Source: a bacterium | GTDB lineage: Bacteria > SZUA-182 > DTGQ01 | Length of the DNA: 28,672 nt | Direction of reading: 5' to 3' | NCBI GenBank assembly: GCA_040752695.1 | Contig: JBFMGO010000080.1 | Span: forward strand, 1 to 28,672 | Part shown: positions 18,121-28,546 of the stretch, piece by piece | Layout: each line of letters starts with the position of its first letter | How positions within the stretch are numbered: position 1 is the first letter of the stretch | Translations under genes and position numbers: made by a program | The notes under the pieces: generated by a model | Databases searched by the model: none | Seen by the model: only the letters and a program-made list of their open reading frames with translations | What the model was told of the DNA's origin: nothing

Positions 18121-19146
18121 ATGGCCGATGAACTCACAGGAAGAGAAAAACTTATTCTGGAAGCAATCATCAAACAGTACATCAATCAGGCCGAACCGGT
18201 TGGGTCCAGAACGATTTCAAAGAGAATTGTCCTGTCCCTCTCTCCAGCCACGATCAGGAACATTATGGCTGATCTGGAAGAAAAGGGATTTCTTCAACAC
18301 CCCCATACTTCCGCAGGCAGAATCCCGACCGATCGAGGTTACCGGTACTATGTAGATAATCTGAGCAAAAAACAGAGCCGAAAAAAAACCAAAAAAACCG
18401 GGCTTGAGCCGCTGTCAAAGATCCATGAACGGGAAGAACTCATGGAAGGAACCTGCAAGCTCCTGTCTTTCCTCTCTAAATATGTTGGCATTGTCATTTC
18501 ACCCAGAATTACGGAACTGAGAATGAAGCATATGGATTTTATTTCCTTAAGCCCGCACCGGATACTGGTAGTGTTTGTTTCTGAAACCGGCCTGGTGTAT
18601 AACCGGATCATTGAGGGCAGGGAGCCTTACACCGAGCAGGAACTGAAGATGATGAACCAGTTCGTGAACGAAAACTGCGAGCATCTGAACATCTTTGAGA
18701 TCAGGGAAAAACTTATGGAACTGGTATCCGAAGAGAAGATGCTCTACAAAAACCTGCTTCAAAACATCAGCCTTCTCAATGAAGAGATCAACAGGAGCCA
18801 GATAGAAAGTTTCTACCTGCAGGGACACTCGAATATCCTGAAACATCCTGAATTCGCCGACCTCCAGAAAATAAAGGCACTTTTCAATGCCTTTGAGGAA
18901 AAGATCAAGCTCATCCGGCTTCTTGACAAATGCATTGACTATGAAGGGGTGAAAGTTACCATCGGAACCGAAAACGAAGACCTGAATATTCGAGGATGCA
19001 GTATCGTCATGGCCCGCTACCGAATGGGAAGCCGCATCAACGGAATGCTCGGAGTTATCGGGCCGACCCGGATGAGATACCCCGAAGTGATCGAACTGGT
19101 CGGCAGTGCTGCCAAAATCATCGAAACGCTTTTTTGCGAAGAATAA
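18121..19146 (+). CDS. hrcA: Heat-inducible transcriptional repressor HrcA
   Basis: EPVGSRT, SPATIRNIMADLE, PHTSAGRIPTDRGYRYYVD, GVIGPTRMRY; ATG 18121 has better RBS spacing than 18115. Confidence 0.97.
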   Translation: MADELTGREKLILEAIIKQYINQAEPVGSRTISKRIVLSLSPATIRNIMADLEEKGFLQHPHTSAGRIPTDRGYRYYVDNLSKKQSRKKTKKTGLEPLSKIHEREELMEGTCKLLSFLSKYVGIVISPRITELRMKHMDFISLSPHRILVVFVSETGLVYNRIIEGREPYTEQELKMMNQFVNENCEHLNIFEIREKLMELVSEEKMLYKNLLQNISLLNEEINRSQIESFYLQGHSNILKHPEFADLQKIKALFNAFEEKIKLIRLLDKCIDYEGVKVTIGTENEDLNIRGCSIVMARYRMGSRINGMLGVIGPTRMRYPEVIELVGSAAKIIETLFCEE

Positions 19147-19189
19147 AATACGACATACCTTCCATTCAAAAAGGAGAAAAAGAAGGAGG

Positions 19190-19741
19190 ATGCTTTTGAC
19201 CAAGAGTGAAAAAATGTCTGATGATGTTCCTGATATTCAAGAGGAAATCGAAGACCGGGATCTCCAGATCGAGCACTATAAGAATAATCTTCAAAAGGAA
19301 AAAGAGATAAACAGGGAGCTTTCCGATAAGTGCCTGCGACTCCAGGCTGAATTTGAAAACTTCAGAAAACGGTTGCAGAAGGAAAAATCCGACTTCATGA
19401 AGTATGCCATGGAAAATTTCTTCAAAGATCTCCTTCCGGTAATAGACAATTTTGAACTGGCTCTGGAATCCGCCGGGAAGACTGGTGATATGCCCGCCTT
19501 CTGTGAAGGGGTGAGACTGATCCACCAGCAATTCCTGGGTGTTCTTCAAAAAGAGGGACTGGCCTGCTTTCCCTCTCTTGGTGAGCCCTTTGATCCCCGA
19601 AAACATGAGGCCATTATACAGGTAGCGTCTGATAACCATCATGAAAACACCGTCCTGGAAGAGCTTAAAAAGGGATATTATCTCAACGACAGGCTCTTAA
19701 GACCTGCTTTGGTGGCCGTATCAAAGAAAAATAATTCTTAA
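19190..19741 (+). CDS. grpE: Nucleotide exchange factor GrpE
   Basis: RLQAEFENFRKR, LLPVIDNFE, FDPRKHEA, KGYYLNDRLLRPALVAV. Start is ATG 19190 or TTG 19196 (AAGGAGG at 19183-89). Confidence 0.95.
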   Translation: MLLTKSEKMSDDVPDIQEEIEDRDLQIEHYKNNLQKEKEINRELSDKCLRLQAEFENFRKRLQKEKSDFMKYAMENFFKDLLPVIDNFELALESAGKTGDMPAFCEGVRLIHQQFLGVLQKEGLACFPSLGEPFDPRKHEAIIQVASDNHHENTVLEELKKGYYLNDRLLRPALVAVSKKNNS

Positions 19742-19811
19742 GAAAAATCATAAGAGAAAATAAAAAAATCATATAAAGACCTGCTTTGCAAGCAAGGAGG
19801 ATACACACGAA

Positions 19812-21797
19812 ATGGGTAAAGTAATCGGTATTGACCTTGGCACAACAAATTCCTGTGTGGCGATTATGGAAGGGGGAAGTGCAAAAGTAATCGAAAATGC
19901 GGAAGGAAGCCGTACTACACCTTCAATTGTCGCCTTCACCGATCAGGGAGAGCGGCTCGTTGGCCAGATTGCCAAACGGCAGGCCATCACGAATCCGCAC
20001 AATACCATCTTCTCTGTCAAACGGCTGATTGGAAGAAAATTTACTGCGCCGGAAGTCGAGAGGGTCACGGGAACATCCCCGTATAAAATTGTCGAAACAT
20101 CCAACGGGGACTGCGCTGTCGAGGCACACGGAAAAACCTATACCCCTCAGGAAATCTCGGCCATCGTTCTCCAGAAGATGAAGCAAACCGCAGAAAGTTA
20201 TCTCGGCGAAAAAGTAACCGAAGCCGTCATTACCGTTCCTGCCTATTTTAATGACAGCCAGAGACAGGCCACCAAAGATGCGGGCAGGATTGCCGGGCTC
20301 GATGTCCTTCGCATTATCAACGAACCTACAGCCGCATCCTTAGCCTATGGTCTTGATAAAAAGAAAAAAGATGAGAAAATTGCCGTTTACGATCTGGGCG
20401 GGGGCACATTCGATATATCCATTTTGGAAATCGGAGACGGGGTTTTTGAGGTTAAGTCTACCAATGGAGATACCTTTCTCGGTGGAGATGATTTTGACGA
20501 AAAGATTATCAACTATCTGGCCGAAACCTTCAAAAAAGAGCAGGGCATTGACCTTAAAAATGACAAAATGGCCCTGCAGCGCCTGAAGGAAGCTGCTGAA
20601 AAAGCCAAGTGCGAATTGTCCTCTTCGGTCCAGACAACCATCAACCTGCCGTTTATCACAGCGGATGCCACCGGTCCCAGACACCTTAATATCACCATGA
20701 CCCGCTCTCAACTCGAGCAATTGGTGTCAGACCTCGTAGAGCGCACCATCAGGCCCTGCCAGATTGCCCTGAAAGATGCTGGTCTTACAGTGAACGATAT
20801 CGATGAGATCGTTCTGGTCGGCGGCCAGACCCGGATGCCTCTGGTTCAGGAAACCGTAAAGAAATTTTTCGGCAAAGAGCCCCACAAAGGGGTGAATCCG
20901 GACGAAGTGGTGGCTATCGGTGCAGGCATCCAGGGAGGAGTGCTGAAAGGCGAGGTCAAGGATATTCTCCTTCTGGACGTCACACCCCTGTCTTTGGGCA
21001 TCGAGACCCTGGGAGGCATATCTACCAAACTGATCGAAAAAAATACCACCATCCCTACCCGGAAAAGCCAGATTTTCTCCACGGCAGCAGACAACCAGAC
21101 TGCGGTCAGCATCAATGTCCTGCAGGGAGAGCGTGAAATGGCCGCTGATAACAAAAGCCTCGGCAGATTCGACCTGGTTGGCATTCCACCCGCACCACGT
21201 GGCATGCCCCAGATCGAGGTTGCCTTCGATATCGATGCCAACGGAATCGTGAATGTATCCGCCAAGGATATGGGGACCGGCAAGGAGCAGACCATCCGGA
21301 TAAACGCATCCAGCGGCCTTACCGAACAGGAAATCCAGCAGATGATCAAAGATGCAGCTCTTCATGCCGACGAGGATAAAAAGAAAAAAGAGGCCGTAGA
21401 ACTGCGAAACCAGGCCGACTCGCTTATTTTCCATACGGAAAAATCGCTTTCGGAATTTGGAGACAAACTGACCGAAACTGAGAGAAAATCAATCCAAGAC
21501 GCACTGGAAAAGGTGAAAAGTGCCAAAGATGCTGGCGATCCGCAAACACTGAAAGCCGCTATCCAGGACCTCACCACCTCCTCCCATAAACTGGCCGAGC
21601 AGATCTATGCCCAGCAGGCTGCCCAGCAACAACAGCAGCAGGGGCCACAGCAGGGCCAGCAGCAGACCGCTTCATCCTCCGGCCAGGCCCAGCAGCAGGG
21701 TCAGGGACAGGCAGCAGGCAGCCAGCAAACCGGCCCTGGGCCAGATGGCGAAGGCGTTGTTGATGCCGATTTCGAAGTGGTGGACGATGTGAAATAA
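19812..21797 (+). CDS. dnaK: Chaperone DnaK (Hsp70)
   Basis: [38 protein letters not shown]-terminal VDADFE; AAGGAGG RBS. Confidence 0.99.
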   Translation: MGKVIGIDLGTTNSCVAIMEGGSAKVIENAEGSRTTPSIVAFTDQGERLVGQIAKRQAITNPHNTIFSVKRLIGRKFTAPEVERVTGTSPYKIVETSNGDCAVEAHGKTYTPQEISAIVLQKMKQTAESYLGEKVTEAVITVPAYFNDSQRQATKDAGRIAGLDVLRIINEPTAASLAYGLDKKKKDEKIAVYDLGGGTFDISILEIGDGVFEVKSTNGDTFLGGDDFDEKIINYLAETFKKEQGIDLKNDKMALQRLKEAAEKAKCELSSSVQTTINLPFITADATGPRHLNITMTRSQLEQLVSDLVERTIRPCQIALKDAGLTVNDIDEIVLVGGQTRMPLVQETVKKFFGKEPHKGVNPDEVVAIGAGIQGGVLKGEVKDILLLDVTPLSLGIETLGGISTKLIEKNTTIPTRKSQIFSTAADNQTAVSINVLQGEREMAADNKSLGRFDLVGIPPAPRGMPQIEVAFDIDANGIVNVSAKDMGTGKEQTIRINASSGLTEQEIQQMIKDAALHADEDKKKKEAVELRNQADSLIFHTEKSLSEFGDKLTETERKSIQDALEKVKSAKDAGDPQTLKAAIQDLTTSSHKLAEQIYAQQAAQQQQQQGPQQGQQQTASSSGQAQQQGQGQAAGSQQTGPGPDGEGVVDADFEVVDDVK

Positions 21798-22050
21798 ACG
21801 GAGTACAGGAATGAAAGCAAAAAAGGGGGCAGGTTTATCTTTCTCGTGCTTTTTTTTCAGAATGACGCGGGTGGGCAAATTGAGCCCAGAGGTCATTCCA
21901 TTACCCATCAATTGGGGCTTGACAAAGTACTAGCCCAAATTACGAGAAATGAAGATTCCTGAAAAATTGAGAGGATGATCGACATTTTTCGTGGATTTGC
22001 TGCGGTCTGCGCTAAAGGCAATCTTAGATGCAAAAACTATATCTCCGATC

Positions 22051-25000
22051 CTAAGCCTTAACTGCTCCTGTCTCTAGAATCTCTCTCAAAGTTCGAAGCA
22101 ACTCGGCCAGGTCATAAGGTTTTTGGAGAAACCGAAATCCTCTCTCTTTTATTTTAGGCCATTGGGATTTTTGGTCAGTATAGCCACTAACCAGAAGAAC
22201 CCGTATTTCAGGTTGTCGGGAAAGAAGTTGTTCAACTAATTCAATTCCTGTCTGATCAGGCAACACTACATCGCTGAGCACTAAGTCAAACTTTCTTTTT
22301 GCTTGTTCAAAAATCTCTAGAGCCTCCTGCACATTTGAGGCTTCAATGATACTATAGCCTTTATCACGAAGTATTCTAACAGTCAACTTGCGAACTTCCT
22401 CTTCATCCTCCACTATTAAAATTCGCTCACCCTTACCCTGAAACTTCTGTAAAGGGATTGCCTCTCCTTCCTTCTTCTTTGCCTTAGCGGAGAGGGCTGG
22501 CAGGTAGATCTTAAATACCGACCCCTTGCCCGGATCACTATAAACATTAATCCATCCCTCATGTTGCTTGACAATCCCGTAGGCCACCGATAGACCAAGG
22601 CCACTCCCTTTCCCAACCCCCTTGGTGGTGAAAAAAGGCTCAAAAATCTGCTCAATGGTCTTTGCATCCATACCGTTGCCGGTATCCGCAACCGAGAGGC
22701 GGACAAAGTGGCCTGCTCGTGCCTCAAAGATGGTTTTAGCATACTCTTCATCCAGTGTTACGTTTTCAGTTTTAATAGTGAGCTTGCCCCCTTTAGGCAT
22801 TGCATCTCTGGCATTGACTACCAGATTCATAATTACCTGCTCAATGGTCCCCTCATCAGCCATAATTGGCCAAAGCTGAAATTCCGGCTCAGTAATAATG
22901 GTAATATCCTCACCAATGAGGCAGTAGAGCATCTTGAGTAGATCATCGATGATTCTGTTAAGGTCCACGATAATCGGTTCCATTAGTTGCTTTCGGCTGA
23001 AAAGGAGCAACTGGCGGGTAAGATTAACTGCCCGGTCAGCCGATTTCCTTACCTGGTGAAGATCCCTTGATGCAGGATCTGAATCGGGTATGTGCATCAG
23101 AGCCAGGGTAGTATATCCCAGGATAGTAGTCAGCAGGTTATTGAAATCATGGGCTACACCTCCGGCGAGGATGCCGATGGCTTCCATCTTTTGCGATTGA
23201 AGGAGTTGATCCTGAATCTTTGCTTTTTCCTCCTCCGCCAGCTTATACGCGGTAATATCCCTGCCATAGAGATTGGCATAATCAGCGTCAACTATCGGTA
23301 CGATGAAGAAGGAAAAGACATGATCCTTACACTTTAACTCCATTTCTCTATACTGCCTGGTGTCAAAGGATTCCCTTATCACTTGATAGTATTTATCAGG
23401 GAGATATTCCCCGATGGCTCTGCTCCATTCGGTTAATAACGGCAAGCTGGCATTATTGGCATATAAAATCTTACCGCCTCTGGAAACACGCATGACAGGA
23501 TTTGGGTTTTCTGCAGGGAATTTCGCAAGATAGTAGATTTTTTCTTCCGCCTGCTTACGCTCGGTAATATCTACACCCTGGGCTATGGTGGCTGATAAGG
23601 TCGTTCCGTCTTCTGCATAAATGTTTGCTGAATTCCAGAGCACATGGTGTATCGCTCCAGCCTTGCAGCGGATAGGAATTTCCAGTGCCTGCCAGTATTC
23701 ACCGCTTAAGGCGCGGTTTATTTTGTGCAGCGATTCGTCCCGGCTTGATTCAGGGAAAAGGATACTCAATTTCTGGCCGATGATTTCATCAGCCGCATAC
23801 TCGGTAAGGTGCTCGAAAGCATGATTGAAGCGTGCGATGGTCATATCAGGATTCCAGACAATAATGGGAGCATTAGCGTATTGAATCAGCTTCTCAAGGT
23901 AATCGCTCGTCTCTCTCAATACATTCTCCACCCGCTTGCGTGAGAAAGCCTCAACAATAGCGGAGACCAGTCCCTCCAGTATTTCCAGTTGTTCGGGACC
24001 ATACCCTCCTTCCCGATTGCCCACAGCTACCATGCCGGTCACGTGGCCGTCTTTTACCAGCGGAACGCCCAGGAATGATGTAAGCGGCGGATGGCCGGGA
24101 GGCAGACCGATGCTGTCCGGGTGCGAAGGGGGATCGTTGGTGAAGAAACCCTTGCCATCAAGCAGCACGCGGCCATAGATGCCGTGGATCTTGAACTCTC
24201 CAGGCGGTCTGCGATGTCCGGTGGGGAGCATGGTCCGGCATGCCTTCCATCCGGGATTGCTGATCGCGATGTCGTAAAGGTTGCCATCGGGACCAAGCTC
24301 TCCAATAAACCCGATCTTGCTCTCCGTAATCTCTTCCACCACATCCAGGCATGCTGTTCCAAACTCCTCTTCGGTCCGGGTGGTTAGTGCCTCCTCAAAG
24401 ATCCTGGAGATGCCTTTCAGTATGCGGTTGTGCCGGGTTATTCTTATCTCGGCCTGCTTACGTTCGGTGATGTCCTGGGTGATCCCGAAGCCGCCCAGCA
24501 AATTGCCCGCATCGTCGAGTTGCGGGTAGGACTTCTCTCGCACCCACTTGACCTGCCCATTCACTACAATACGGTGCTCGATGTCGTACGGCTCACCGCG
24601 CAGGCCCACGTTCCACCAAGTGTCAACGTACTGGCGGTCGTCGGGGTGAACGGTCCCCCGGATCGTCTCGTAGGTCAGCGGTGTCCCTTTGGGCACGCCA
24701 AAGATGCGATGGTTCTCGTCGGACCAGAGCAGTTCGTTTCGCCGGACATCCAATCGCCAGCTCCCGATCTGCCCGACCTCCTGGGCACGGTTAAGGTCTT
24801 TCTGACTCTCTTTGAGCGCAGCATTGGACGCTACGAGCTCCGCGGTGCGTTGTTTTACTTTCTCTTCGAGTTCACTGTAAGCTTTGCGCAGTTCTTCTCT
24901 CGACCTATTTTTCTGCACATAGCCCCACATTCCGCTCAAGAGTAAAACTATCTGCCGCTCATCGGACTTGTCATAGTCTGAGGCCTTGTTGCCGACCCCG

Positions 25001-27657
25001 ACGACAGCGACGGCTCTCTCGCCCTCAAGGATAGGCACAACCATAAATCTCTCAACATAAGGATGGCCGGGAGGAAGGCCTTTTTTCCTGGGGTGGGGTT
25101 TACTATAATCGTTTATAAACAGCGTCTTATGTTCTCTGATAGCATCTGCCCAAATGCCCGCATCTACAGTGTGCCATTGCAGCGGATCACCGGTTACATC
25201 GCACTCTTTCACAACATCTTTTGAAACCGCATGAAGGGTATAAATTGATTCATCCTCGTTCAGGAATCCCACGAATCCGATTTTACTATGCGTCAGCTTA
25301 ATTGCCTGTTCGAGGGTAAAGCCGGTAATCTCTTTGAGGGAAGCTTCACCCATCTGGTTTAAGTGTAAGAGGGCATCTAACCGGGCCTCCTCCAATCTCA
25401 GTGATTGCTCAGTACGGATACGTTCCTGGTTTTCTTCTTTCAGTCGCTCATTTGTCTGCCGCAGTTCGGCTGTTCGCTCTTTGACCTTGATCTCCAGCTC
25501 ATATTTCGCCTGGCGGAGCGCCTCCTCTGCCTGCTTACGCTCGGTTACCTCACGCTGCAGTTCCAGGGTGCGATCAGCCACACGCAGTTCCAGAGTTTCG
25601 TTGAGATCCCTGAGCGCCTTTTCCGTCAGACGATGCCTGGTGATATCGATATCCATCTCCAGAATAAGGGGGGAGCCGTCTACGTCGGTAAATGGGAAGT
25701 CGTAAACATCGATAATACTCCCTCCGTCAGGGATCGTGACTTCCCAATGATGGGGCTGACCGGTTTTCAGGACATGGTACGCCTCGCAGAACTCGCAAGG
25801 CTCCGTGCGCCCAAAACAATATTCATAACAATGGCGGCCATATGACTCGCCGAATTTCTCGCGAAAAGCCCGGTTGGCAAAAGCTACGTGATAGTCAGGC
25901 GTCAACAGGCATATCATTGTCGGCAGCGCTTCAAGAACATTGAAAAGGCGCTGGCGTTCGCTCAAAACATTCCTGGCCCGCTTGCGCTCGGTAATATCTG
26001 TCACCAGAGCCTGTGCTCCGGCAAAGCGACCTCTATCATCAAAAACCGCCGCAATTGCCAGGCTGGCATATACGGTCGATCCATCTTTGTGAAGAAGTTC
26101 AAATTCATGCCGTTCATTGATGCCCTGTTTACGGTGTTCGAAATAGTGTTGAGCCAAAGCCACATTCTGCTCAGTCATGAATGAATATATCGGCTTTCCT
26201 AACATTTCATCTACCGTGTAACCGAGCATCTCGGCAAAGCGGGAATTAACGAAAGTAGTCTTGGCCTCTGCATCAATAATCCAGATGCCTTCCTGCGTAT
26301 TTTCAACGATCAGCCGGTATTTCTCTTCAGTTTCCCTGCGCGCATCCTCAGCCTGCTTCCTTTCTGTGATATCCTGTAAAAATCCGACGATCCTGAGCGG
26401 TTTGGAAGCATCGGTAAAGACTTCCGCTCTTCCCTGGAGTTGGCGCACTACCCCATCTGGCCGGACAATCCGATGCGGATGATACTCGAAAGGCTCTTTA
26501 TCACGAAGGGCTTTTTCGAACAAGCCTCTTATATAATCCTGATCATCAGAATGGATAAAGCGTACTATGTCCTGCTCAAGGGATTGTTCCGGCTCCTGAG
26601 CTTCGATACCGAGAATTCTAAAGAGTTCATCAGAAAAGGACACTTTATCCTGAGCAATATTCCACTCAAAACTACCTATATGGGCAAGCCCTTGGGCCTC
26701 GGCCATTTGCTTCTGGCTATTTCTTAATTCTTCAGTGCGAGCTTTCACCGTATTTTCGAGATAGAAGCAGTACTGCTTTAATTCCTCTTCCATCCTTTTT
26801 TGTTCAGTAATATCCCGTTCAATTGCTGCGGCACCGATGATCCTGCCGGTTGCATCCTTAAGAGGTGATATCGTAAGCTCTACATGAATCCGTTTCCCAT
26901 CTTTTCTCAACCGTATCGTTTTATAATGACCTATACTTTCCCCTCGCCTGAGCTTTTCGAGGATTTCCGATAACTCATCCGGGAGACTTTCAGGTGGAAA
27001 TATAAGTGAAATGGGGCGGCCTATGGCCTCTTCAGCCGGATATCCGTATATTCTCTCGGCCCCATGATTCCAACTGGTAATGAGGCCATCCAGGGTCTTG
27101 CTGATAATGCCATCTTCCGTGTATTCGACAACAGCAGCCAATCGAGAGCGTGTTTCTTCAGCTTGTTTGCATTCATTACTATCAGAGAGACTTACGACAC
27201 CGCCAGGGTGTCGGCGCTCCTCTTCCATATTTTTTCGCTCAATGATCTTACCTGTACGCTCAGCAATAGCATTGATCAGTTTTTTTTCCTCTTTCGAGAA
27301 AGGCCCCTCGTCACTCTCCGGTTTCTCTTCCAGGTAGCAAACCTCTAAAGTTCCAATTACCTGGCCATGTACCTTAATGCCGGAAGCTTGCTTCCAAACG
27401 GTCTCCCTGAAATTATCTGTCACAAATATTCGATCTTTAAGAATAATTCTGGCACCCGCGACCTCTGGATACTGATAGGCTGGAGGTATACGGTCAACAA
27501 TACCCTGCAATAGCTCCTCCGGCGAGAGATCGTGCTTCTCGGTAAGACGGGAGATACTGTAGAGGAGATTCAGCTCTTTGTTCCTCTTGAATCCTACCCG
27601 TGCGAAATGGCCTGTTATTTTATCCTTGTATCTCTTTAGCCTATCCTTAATATTCAC
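22051..27657 (-). CDS. Cytoplasmic multi-PAS/GAF hybrid histidine kinase with C-terminal receiver domain
   Basis: 1868 aa with no obvious TM helix; repeated PAS/PAC modules ending DITERK; two GAF domains with GLPPGHP; H-box GGVAHDFNN (His codon 23149-51); N/G/F boxes (NARDAM, DTGNGM, FEPFFTTK, GSGLGL); receiver with LSDVVLP (Asp codon 22270-72). Confidence 0.93.
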   Translation of the reverse strand: MNIKDRLKRYKDKITGHFARVGFKRNKELNLLYSISRLTEKHDLSPEELLQGIVDRIPPAYQYPEVAGARIILKDRIFVTDNFRETVWKQASGIKVHGQVIGTLEVCYLEEKPESDEGPFSKEEKKLINAIAERTGKIIERKNMEEERRHPGGVVSLSDSNECKQAEETRSRLAAVVEYTEDGIISKTLDGLITSWNHGAERIYGYPAEEAIGRPISLIFPPESLPDELSEILEKLRRGESIGHYKTIRLRKDGKRIHVELTISPLKDATGRIIGAAAIERDITEQKRMEEELKQYCFYLENTVKARTEELRNSQKQMAEAQGLAHIGSFEWNIAQDKVSFSDELFRILGIEAQEPEQSLEQDIVRFIHSDDQDYIRGLFEKALRDKEPFEYHPHRIVRPDGVVRQLQGRAEVFTDASKPLRIVGFLQDITERKQAEDARRETEEKYRLIVENTQEGIWIIDAEAKTTFVNSRFAEMLGYTVDEMLGKPIYSFMTEQNVALAQHYFEHRKQGINERHEFELLHKDGSTVYASLAIAAVFDDRGRFAGAQALVTDITERKRARNVLSERQRLFNVLEALPTMICLLTPDYHVAFANRAFREKFGESYGRHCYEYCFGRTEPCEFCEAYHVLKTGQPHHWEVTIPDGGSIIDVYDFPFTDVDGSPLILEMDIDITRHRLTEKALRDLNETLELRVADRTLELQREVTERKQAEEALRQAKYELEIKVKERTAELRQTNERLKEENQERIRTEQSLRLEEARLDALLHLNQMGEASLKEITGFTLEQAIKLTHSKIGFVGFLNEDESIYTLHAVSKDVVKECDVTGDPLQWHTVDAGIWADAIREHKTLFINDYSKPHPRKKGLPPGHPYVERFMVVPILEGERAVAVVGVGNKASDYDKSDERQIVLLLSGMWGYVQKNRSREELRKAYSELEEKVKQRTAELVASNAALKESQKDLNRAQEVGQIGSWRLDVRRNELLWSDENHRIFGVPKGTPLTYETIRGTVHPDDRQYVDTWWNVGLRGEPYDIEHRIVVNGQVKWVREKSYPQLDDAGNLLGGFGITQDITERKQAEIRITRHNRILKGISRIFEEALTTRTEEEFGTACLDVVEEITESKIGFIGELGPDGNLYDIAISNPGWKACRTMLPTGHRRPPGEFKIHGIYGRVLLDGKGFFTNDPPSHPDSIGLPPGHPPLTSFLGVPLVKDGHVTGMVAVGNREGGYGPEQLEILEGLVSAIVEAFSRKRVENVLRETSDYLEKLIQYANAPIIVWNPDMTIARFNHAFEHLTEYAADEIIGQKLSILFPESSRDESLHKINRALSGEYWQALEIPIRCKAGAIHHVLWNSANIYAEDGTTLSATIAQGVDITERKQAEEKIYYLAKFPAENPNPVMRVSRGGKILYANNASLPLLTEWSRAIGEYLPDKYYQVIRESFDTRQYREMELKCKDHVFSFFIVPIVDADYANLYGRDITAYKLAEEEKAKIQDQLLQSQKMEAIGILAGGVAHDFNNLLTTILGYTTLALMHIPDSDPASRDLHQVRKSADRAVNLTRQLLLFSRKQLMEPIIVDLNRIIDDLLKMLYCLIGEDITIITEPEFQLWPIMADEGTIEQVIMNLVVNARDAMPKGGKLTIKTENVTLDEEYAKTIFEARAGHFVRLSVADTGNGMDAKTIEQIFEPFFTTKGVGKGSGLGLSVAYGIVKQHEGWINVYSDPGKGSVFKIYLPALSAKAKKKEGEAIPLQKFQGKGERILIVEDEEEVRKLTVRILRDKGYSIIEASNVQEALEIFEQAKRKFDLVLSDVVLPDQTGIELVEQLLSRQPEIRVLLVSGYTDQKSQWPKIKERGFRFLQKPYDLAELLRTLREILETGAVKA

Positions 27658-27893
27658 CTATCAATTACCTCACTACATCAACATCATTCCCGCGATCATC
27701 ACCTGATGGATTGTAGACTTTTTGTTTCACTTAGGATGATAAAATAAAAATTAACATTAACTTAACCAATATTATTATATAATATTCATCATTAATAGCA
27801 ATATGTAAAGGAATGATACCCCTTGTGTAACTGAGTGATTAAATTGATACAGTTTCTTTAATCAAGTGACAAAGATGTTATCAAAAAAAATCG

Positions 27894-27923
27894 TTTATTT
27901 TTCTATTCTTTATTTTTCTATTC
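27894..27923. repeat. 15-bp perfect tandem duplication
   Basis: TTTATTTTTCTATTC twice (27894-27908 and 27909-27923). Confidence 0.8.
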
Positions 27924-27925
27924 TG

Positions 27926-27952
27926 ATGAGAAGAAATGGAGTTTCTTCTCAT
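27926..27952. repeat. Perfect 11-bp inverted repeat with 5-nt spacer
   Basis: ATGAGAAGAAA-tggag-TTTCTTCTCAT. Confidence 0.75.
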
Positions 27953-27954
27953 TG

Positions 27955-27984
27955 AAAAAAAAGCCCCTGGATTTTCCAGGGGCT
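27955..27984 (-). terminator. Intrinsic terminator downstream of vapC
   Basis: AGCCCCTGGA/TCCAGGGGCT 10-bp stem with a 3-nt loop, followed by a T-run on the minus strand. Confidence 0.85.
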
Positions 27985-28030
27985 CATTGTAGGTTTTCAA
28001 TTTTATGGAATGGGAATTTTGGTATAAATA

Positions 28031-28435
28031 CTACTCAGGCATTACTCTTTCTATCCCTTCCAGCTTATCAAAATCCTTGTCATAACTGTAGATCTCTTTA
28101 ACTCCCTTCTTTATGACAAATGCGGCATTGAAGGCATCAGCAAAAGAGACTTTCTTTTGTGCATAAATATCAAGAGCCTGGCGGTATATCCCTTTATCTG
28201 AAAGATTAAGTCCTCTCAAGTCAAGAATAGGAGAAAGAAGCTCTTTTATCTCTTCCTTTGAGACCTTGTAAAAACTCTCCAGGGTAAAAACAACCTCAAA
28301 CATAACCAGAGAAGAGGCAATCACCTTCTCTTCACCCTTCTCTACCCTTTTGAGGAGCTCTAAAACCTTTTGGGCTTTGTCCTCATCGTCTCGGGTAAAG
28401 TACCGTAAAAACAGATTGGTATCTATAAACCGCAT
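28031..28435 (-). CDS. vapC: PIN-domain ribonuclease toxin (VapC family)
   Basis: FIDTN (D5), E47, SFADA (D100), YSYDKDFD (D119); all expected acidic positions are present. Confidence 0.9.
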   Translation of the reverse strand: MRFIDTNLFLRYFTRDDEDKAQKVLELLKRVEKGEEKVIASSLVMFEVVFTLESFYKVSKEEIKELLSPILDLRGLNLSDKGIYRQALDIYAQKKVSFADAFNAAFVIKKGVKEIYSYDKDFDKLEGIERVMPE

Positions 28436-28441
28436 ATAAAT

Positions 28442-28546
28442 TCAGATTTCCTTGCTCACCTCTTGAGCAATCCCTTCTTCAAAGGCTTTCCTTCCCCTGA
28501 CAAAATCTTCCGGCTTTTTTTTGGGTCTTACTTTTCCGAAATTTGC
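28442..28546 (-). pseudogene. 3' remnant of the cognate antitoxin (probably AbrB/MazE-type VapB), truncated by an IS
   Basis: Open frame ANFGKVRPKKKPEDFVRGRKAFEEGIAQEVSKEI* ends 6 bp before the vapC ATG; it has no start and abuts the IS end at a codon boundary. Confidence 0.7.

Noticed and set aside
21814..21857. Intrinsic terminator after dnaK
   Set aside because: A T-run is present but the stem pairing is poor, so it is not supportable as a feature.
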